Of a stretch of 43,531 nt of DNA, positions 37,378 through 43,531 are shown one piece after another; the stretch's first letter is position 1, and the number at the start of each line of letters is the position of its first letter. Source of the stretch: Parcubacteria group bacterium GW2011_GWA2_38_13 (GTDB lineage: Bacteria > Patescibacteriota > Patescibacteriia > Buchananbacterales > GWA2-38-13); the NCBI GenBank assembly GCA_000992395.1, contig LBUD01000003.1:1-43531 (forward strand), in the 5' to 3' direction. The notes beneath the pieces were generated by a model. It was not told the origin of the DNA and ran no database searches. It saw only the letters and a program-made list of their open reading frames with translations. The position numbers were made by a program, and so were the translations under genes.

Positions 37378-38772
37378 ATGGACATCAACCTTTCCAAAAT
37401 CAATAAAGTGCATTTCATAGGCATTAAAGGCGTTGCCATGTCCGGGCTGTCTGTTATCTGCAAACAGCGGGGGATGGAAGTTGCGGGATCTGATGTGGCA
37501 AAAGAATTTATTACCGACAAAGTGTTGAACCAGGAGGGAATATATGTTTTTCAGGAATTCAATCCAAAAAATTTGGACTGGTCTCCGGATCTTGTTGTCG
37601 TGGGCGCTTCGTGGGGCGAGGATAATTTCGAATATGCCCAGGCTTTGCAAAAAAAAATCCCCATCATCAATGAATCAGATCTTCGGGGCCTTTTAAGCAA
37701 AGAAAAAATAACCATAGCGGTTACCGGCGCGCACGGCAAAACCACGACAACATCGCTTTTATCATATATATTCACCCTGGCCGGTCTTGATCCGAGCTAT
37801 CTTATAGGGACCGGGCTTATACCGGATCTTGGCATTAACGGGCACTGGGGCGGCGGAAAATATTTTATTGTTGAAGGGGATGAATACATAAAAAGCAAAA
37901 AAGAAAGAACGCCGAAATTTCTTGATCTTTCCCCCGACGCAACAATTATTACCAATATTGAGTGGGAGCATGTTGATGTTTATAAAAAAGTCCAGGATAT
38001 GGAAAAGGTTTTTAAAAAACTCGTGAAGAAAACAAAAAGTTTTGTGGCAGCCTGCTGTGACTGGCAAAGCGTTGAAAATGTTATTGGAAAAAATAATGAC
38101 AAAGTGTCCACTTATGGCAATAAAATGTGTTCCAAGTGGAGGATCGGAAGTTATACCCAGAAATTAAACGAATCATATTTTACCGTGTTTAAAGACAATC
38201 AAGTTTTTGGAGAATTTGAATTGCGCCTTTTGGGAAGATTTAACGCTATAAACGCGATAGGATGCATGATTGTGGCGCTGCACTATGGCATAGGAATTGA
38301 AGTGATACACGAAGCATTTAAAAATTTTTCAGGTCTTGAGCGCAGAATGGATACGGATCATAAAAAAGATATAACTTTTATTGATGACTACGGCCATCAT
38401 CCCACCGAAGTATCGGAAACCCTTCATGCCATACGCGATATGTATGTGAAGAGAAATATTATTTGTATTTTTCAGCCCCATACCGCCTCGAGGACATTAG
38501 CGTTTCTTCATGAATTTGGCAAGTGTTTTAAGGATGTTGATGAAGTGATATTGCTGGATATTTTTACATCCGCAAGAGAAAAAGAAATCGGCATCACATC
38601 GCATGATGTTTATGAAACAATAAAAAAATATCATCCCAATGTGCACTATTTCGGGAGTATGGAAGATGCGGCAAAAAATATATTATCAGAAATAAAACCG
38701 CGCGACGTGGTTGTTACCATGGGCGCGGGGGATGTATATAAAATTAAAAAATATTTTATGGATAATGTATGA
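37378..38772 (+). CDS. murC: UDP-MurNAc-L-Ala ligase
   Basis: HFIGIKGVAMSG, GSD, GAHGKTTTT, EGDE, RR, DDYGHHPTE, FQPH, GAGD; ATG 37378. Confidence 0.95.
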   Translation: MDINLSKINKVHFIGIKGVAMSGLSVICKQRGMEVAGSDVAKEFITDKVLNQEGIYVFQEFNPKNLDWSPDLVVVGASWGEDNFEYAQALQKKIPIINESDLRGLLSKEKITIAVTGAHGKTTTTSLLSYIFTLAGLDPSYLIGTGLIPDLGINGHWGGGKYFIVEGDEYIKSKKERTPKFLDLSPDATIITNIEWEHVDVYKKVQDMEKVFKKLVKKTKSFVAACCDWQSVENVIGKNNDKVSTYGNKMCSKWRIGSYTQKLNESYFTVFKDNQVFGEFELRLLGRFNAINAIGCMIVALHYGIGIEVIHEAFKNFSGLERRMDTDHKKDITFIDDYGHHPTEVSETLHAIRDMYVKRNIICIFQPHTASRTLAFLHEFGKCFKDVDEVILLDIFTSAREKEIGITSHDVYETIKKYHPNVHYFGSMEDAAKNILSEIKPRDVVVTMGAGDVYKIKKYFMDNV

Positions 38773-39713
38773 AAAAAATTTGTGTATTCGGATCTTTGGC
38801 CTATGATCATATCATGGATCATCCCGGAAAATTTTCCGACAACATTATGCCGGATAAAATCCATATGCTGAATGTGGGCTTTTTGATATCTGAGCTTAAA
38901 GACAGTTTCGGCGGAACGGCCGGAAATATTTGTTATAATCTTGCGTTGCTTAAAGAACAGCCGATAATGATTTCATCGGCCGGAAATGATTTTGATAAAT
39001 ATAAACAATGGCTGATGCCATTTTCCATTGATACGTCGCACGTAAAAATAGTGGAAGAAGTGCCGACTGCAGCAGCGTATATTATTACGGATGCGGGGGA
39101 TAATCAGATAACCGCTTTTTATCCCGGTGCGATGAATCATCCTGCTGACGAAGACTCGCCCGATCTGCGCGACATTGATATCGCAATACTTTCTCCGGGA
39201 AATAAAGACAATATATTCGGTTTGTCAAAATTATTTAAAAAACTTGGTATTCGGTATATCTTTGATCCCGGGCAGATGATAACATCTTTAGCAACATTGC
39301 CGGAATTTAAAGAATGTATTTTTGGCGCGCATGTTTTTATAGCCAATGATTACGAAGTAAGTTATATATTGGAAAAGACCAATGTAACAAAAAAAGAAAT
39401 TCTGTCGCATGTGGATGCTTTGATCACCACGCTTGGCGAAAAGGGATCGTTTATTGAAACAAAAGAAAAAACATATGAAATTCCGCCGGCAAAGCCGCTC
39501 AATACCTGCGATCCGACCGGAGCCGGCGATGCCTACCGGGCGGGTTTAATCAAGGGTATGGTATTGGATTTGGGCTGGCTTGTTTCGGGCAGGCTTGGAT
39601 CAATAGTTTCGGTGTATACTGTTGAACAATATGGCACGCAAACGCATACATTTTCATTGCAGGATATAAAAAAGAGATACGAAGAAAATTATAAAGAAAA
39701 ATTATCTATATAA
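38769..39713 (+). CDS. PfkB-family kinase, adenosine/nucleoside kinase type
   Basis: GSLAYD, GGTAGNI, NQITAFYPGAM, DPGQ, NDYE, DPTGAGDAYRAG. Confidence 0.88.
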   Translation: MKKICVFGSLAYDHIMDHPGKFSDNIMPDKIHMLNVGFLISELKDSFGGTAGNICYNLALLKEQPIMISSAGNDFDKYKQWLMPFSIDTSHVKIVEEVPTAAAYIITDAGDNQITAFYPGAMNHPADEDSPDLRDIDIAILSPGNKDNIFGLSKLFKKLGIRYIFDPGQMITSLATLPEFKECIFGAHVFIANDYEVSYILEKTNVTKKEILSHVDALITTLGEKGSFIETKEKTYEIPPAKPLNTCDPTGAGDAYRAGLIKGMVLDLGWLVSGRLGSIVSVYTVEQYGTQTHTFSLQDIKKRYEENYKEKLSI

Positions 39714-39723
39714 TAATTAATAG

Positions 39724-40995
<1,272 letters not shown>

Positions 40996-40998
40996 AAT

Positions 40999-41211
40999 AA
41001 ATTTCTAATTCCCAATTACCAATGAAATGCCCAAATAAAAAATTCTAAATTCGAAATCCTAAATCCTAAACAAATCAGAAATCACAATGCTCCAAAGTAG
41101 AAAAATCAAGATAAGAGATATTTGTGATTTGAAAAATTGGTATTTCGGATTTGTTTAGGGTTTCGATATTAGGATTTAGGATTTTATTAAGGAATTGGGA
41201 ATTAGAAATTT
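40999..41211. repeat. Composite palindromic element E3
   Basis: Perfect 19-bp TIR AAATTTCTAATTCCCAATT; arms inverted and core direct relative to E2. Confidence 0.85.
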
Positions 41212-41229
41212 TATATACGATTATATTCT

Positions 41230-42186
41230 ATGAAGTTAGATATAAAAAATATTCAAGAAAACGTTATATTGGCTCCCTATACTACTTTTAAAATCGGCGG
41301 ACCGGCTAAATATTTTTTTCAGGCGAAAAATACCGATGAAGCGGTTGGCGCCATTCGCGCGGCTGTTGTTGCAAAAATTCCTTATCTTATTTTTGGGGGG
41401 GGATCAAATATCTTGGTGTCTGACAAAGGATACCCGGGGCTTGTGATTAAAATAGCAAACACGAATTTTGAGAATGTAGGCGATAATTTCGTGCGTTGCG
41501 GAGCAGGGCTTGCAATCAGTTGCCTTATACAAAAAGCAAAGGATATAAACTTGGGCGGCATTGAGTTTATGGCAGGTATCCCGGGTACAGTCGGCGGAGC
41601 GGTGTGCGGGAATGCGGGAGCCTGGGGCAGGGGATTTGGCGATGTGGTAAAAGAAGCTGTCGTATACAGGGACGAAAAAGTTCTTACTCTTTCTCGCGAT
41701 GATATCGGTTTTACATATCGCTCAAGTTCAATCAAGGAAAAAGGCGGGGTTATTATGGAAGCCACCATTGCCATGATTTCGGAAGATAAAAAATCCATAC
41801 AGGACAAAGTATATGAAATAATAAAAAAAAGGAGCAAGGCGGAAGTGCATGAGCCCAGCGCCGGATGCGTTTTTAAAAATATTGATTTGAAAAAGATACA
41901 GGTGGATAAAGAAAAAATAATGAAAGCCCTGGATTTAAACGAAGAAGAATATATTAAAGCCACAAATCACGATAAATTGCCGGTTGGATTTATTGTTGAC
42001 AGGCTTGGTTTAAAGGAAAAAATTATTGGAAAAGCAAAAATTTCCGAATGCCACGGAGCCTATATTGTGAATTTGGGCAACGCGCAGGCTGAAGATGTGG
42101 TGATGCTTATGTCATTAATAAAAACAAAAGTAAGGAATCTCTTGGGAATACAGCTTGAAAATGAAATTCAGCTTGTTGGTTTTTAA
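41230..42186 (+). CDS. murB: UDP-N-acetylenolpyruvoylglucosamine reductase
   Basis: TTFKIGGPA, GGGSN.L, GIPGTVGGA..NAGA, YRSS, PSAGCVFKN, LENE. Confidence 0.95.
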   Translation: MKLDIKNIQENVILAPYTTFKIGGPAKYFFQAKNTDEAVGAIRAAVVAKIPYLIFGGGSNILVSDKGYPGLVIKIANTNFENVGDNFVRCGAGLAISCLIQKAKDINLGGIEFMAGIPGTVGGAVCGNAGAWGRGFGDVVKEAVVYRDEKVLTLSRDDIGFTYRSSSIKEKGGVIMEATIAMISEDKKSIQDKVYEIIKKRSKAEVHEPSAGCVFKNIDLKKIQVDKEKIMKALDLNEEEYIKATNHDKLPVGFIVDRLGLKEKIIGKAKISECHGAYIVNLGNAQAEDVVMLMSLIKTKVRNLLGIQLENEIQLVGF

Positions 42187-42234
42187 TAAAAAATTTTTTC
42201 ATATAACCCCGAGATTGCATCAAGGGGATTTTAT

Positions 42235-42263
42235 TTGAAAAAATCAATAATTTATGATATAAT
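42235..42263 (+). promoter_or_regulatory. Promoter of secA
   Basis: TTGAAA N17 TATAAT with a TG extension. Confidence 0.65.
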
Positions 42264-42301
42264 AATAGACGTTATAAGTATTTTTATTTTTTTTATTTAT
42301 T

Positions 42302-43531
42302 ATGAGTATAATCACAAAAATATTTGGAGATCCAAACGAAAAGGTTATAAAAGGAGGAGTTTCTCTTGATGAAATTTTACCGCGAGCCTTTGCCGCAGTT
42401 AGGGAAGCAGGCAAGCGCACACTTGGCCAGAGGCATTATGATGTGCAATTAATGGGCGGAGCTGTTTTGCATCGCGGACAAATTGCTGAAATGAAAACCG
42501 GAGAAGGAAAAACTCTTGTGGCGACCTTGGCGGTGTATCTCAACGCGCTTGAAGGAAAGGGAGTGCACGTGGTGACAGTGAATGATTATTTGGCGAGGCG
42601 CGATGCCGTATGGATGGGGCAAATTTATAACGCCTTAGGAATGTCTATTGGATGTATAAACCACGAGACATCATTTTTATATGATCCGAATTTCGTATCC
42701 GAAAAACTCACTGATGCGGGACGGGACAAAACAGCAAGTTTTCGAGTTGAATACGAATACTTGCGCCCGATATCGCGAAGAGATGCTTATGCCGCTGATA
42801 TTACCTATGGAACAAATAATGAATTTGGATTTGATTATCTGCGCGACAACATGGCTCCGGATCCGAAAGAAAAAGCGCAGAGAGGATTTTATTACGCAAT
42901 TGTTGATGAGGTGGACAGTATTTTAATTGACGAAGCGCGTACTCCGCTTATTATTTCCGCGCCGGATATGCAATCATCGGATTTATACAGAAAATTTTCT
43001 CAGCTCGTAATAAAGCTTAAAGAAAACGAGGATTATAATGTGGACGAAAAAATGCGCGCAGCAACCCTTACGGAAAACGGTATTATAAAAGTGGAAAAAG
43101 CCCTTGGCATGGGAAACATATACACCGAAGGCGGAATTACAATGGTGCATCATATTGAACAGGCGTTGCGCGCTCAAACGCTTTTCAAACTTGACCGCGA
43201 TTATGTTGTGAAAGACGGCGAAGTTATAATCGTTGATGAATTTACTGGCCGCTTGATGCAGGGGCGCAGATATTCTGAAGGGCTTCACCAGGCGATTGAA
43301 GCAAAAGAAGGAGTGGAGGTCCAGCAGGAATCACGCACGCTTGCAACAGTGACTTTTCAAAATTATTTTAGAATGTATAAAAAGCTTGCAGGTATGACCG
43401 GTACGGCCGTAACCGAAGCCGAAGAATTCGCACAAATTTATAAATTGGAAGTGGTAACAATTCCCACCAATAGAGCTATGGTGCGAAAAGATATGCAGGA
43501 CAGAATTTATAAAACCTCCGAAGGAAAATTA
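42302..43531 (+). CDS. secA: Preprotein translocase ATPase SecA (runs off the window; absent from the ORF track)
   Basis: Open frame from ATG 42302: [71 protein letters not shown]. Confidence 0.96.
   Translation, partial: MSIITKIFGDPNEKVIKGGVSLDEILPRAFAAVREAGKRTLGQRHYDVQLMGGAVLHRGQIAEMKTGEGKTLVATLAVYLNALEGKGVHVVTVNDYLARRDAVWMGQIYNALGMSIGCINHETSFLYDPNFVSEKLTDAGRDKTASFRVEYEYLRPISRRDAYAADITYGTNNEFGFDYLRDNMAPDPKEKAQRGFYYAIVDEVDSILIDEARTPLIISAPDMQSSDLYRKFSQLVIKLKENEDYNVDEKMRAATLTENGIIKVEKALGMGNIYTEGGITMVHHIEQALRAQTLFKLDRDYVVKDGEVIIVDEFTGRLMQGRRYSEGLHQAIEAKEGVEVQQESRTLATVTFQNYFRMYKKLAGMTGTAVTEAEEFAQIYKLEVVTIPTNRAMVRKDMQDRIYKTSEGKL

Noticed and set aside
42681..43288. ORF-track calls 42681+ and 42983-
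   Set aside because: Both lie inside secA, which the track missed because it has no stop in the window.

Overview
AT-rich bacterial chromosome segment in genetic code 11. Gene content, SD-less starts and the pilus/dcw layout suggest Patescibacteria/CPR, probably Parcubacteria (inference). Left to right: two GT-C-like membrane proteins and other membrane hypotheticals; HIT; rfbB and rmlA separated by a broken gene, a NUDIX gene and a low-GC hicB-hicA-like islet; PEGA protein; ctpA; rplI; pyrG; rpmA; two GC-rich accessory genes, one with the C-terminal signature of a DGR variable protein (no TR or RT in the window); a C39-like lipoprotein; NifU; a minus-strand type IV pilus operon whose PilV-like pilin carries a seven-repeat propeller-like insertion; a dcw cluster (mraY, murD, ftsW, murG, murC, murB) interrupted by yvcK and pfkB-ahcY; and the start of secA, which appears to lack about 35 residues near its N-terminus. 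The strongest unexplained signal is a set of small palindromic and heptamer-built repeats. They sit at gene boundaries, nest inside one another, bracket murC-pfkB-ahcY with inverted arms, and occur three times in frame inside murD. No rRNA, tRNA, CRISPR array, transposase or reverse transcriptase was seen.
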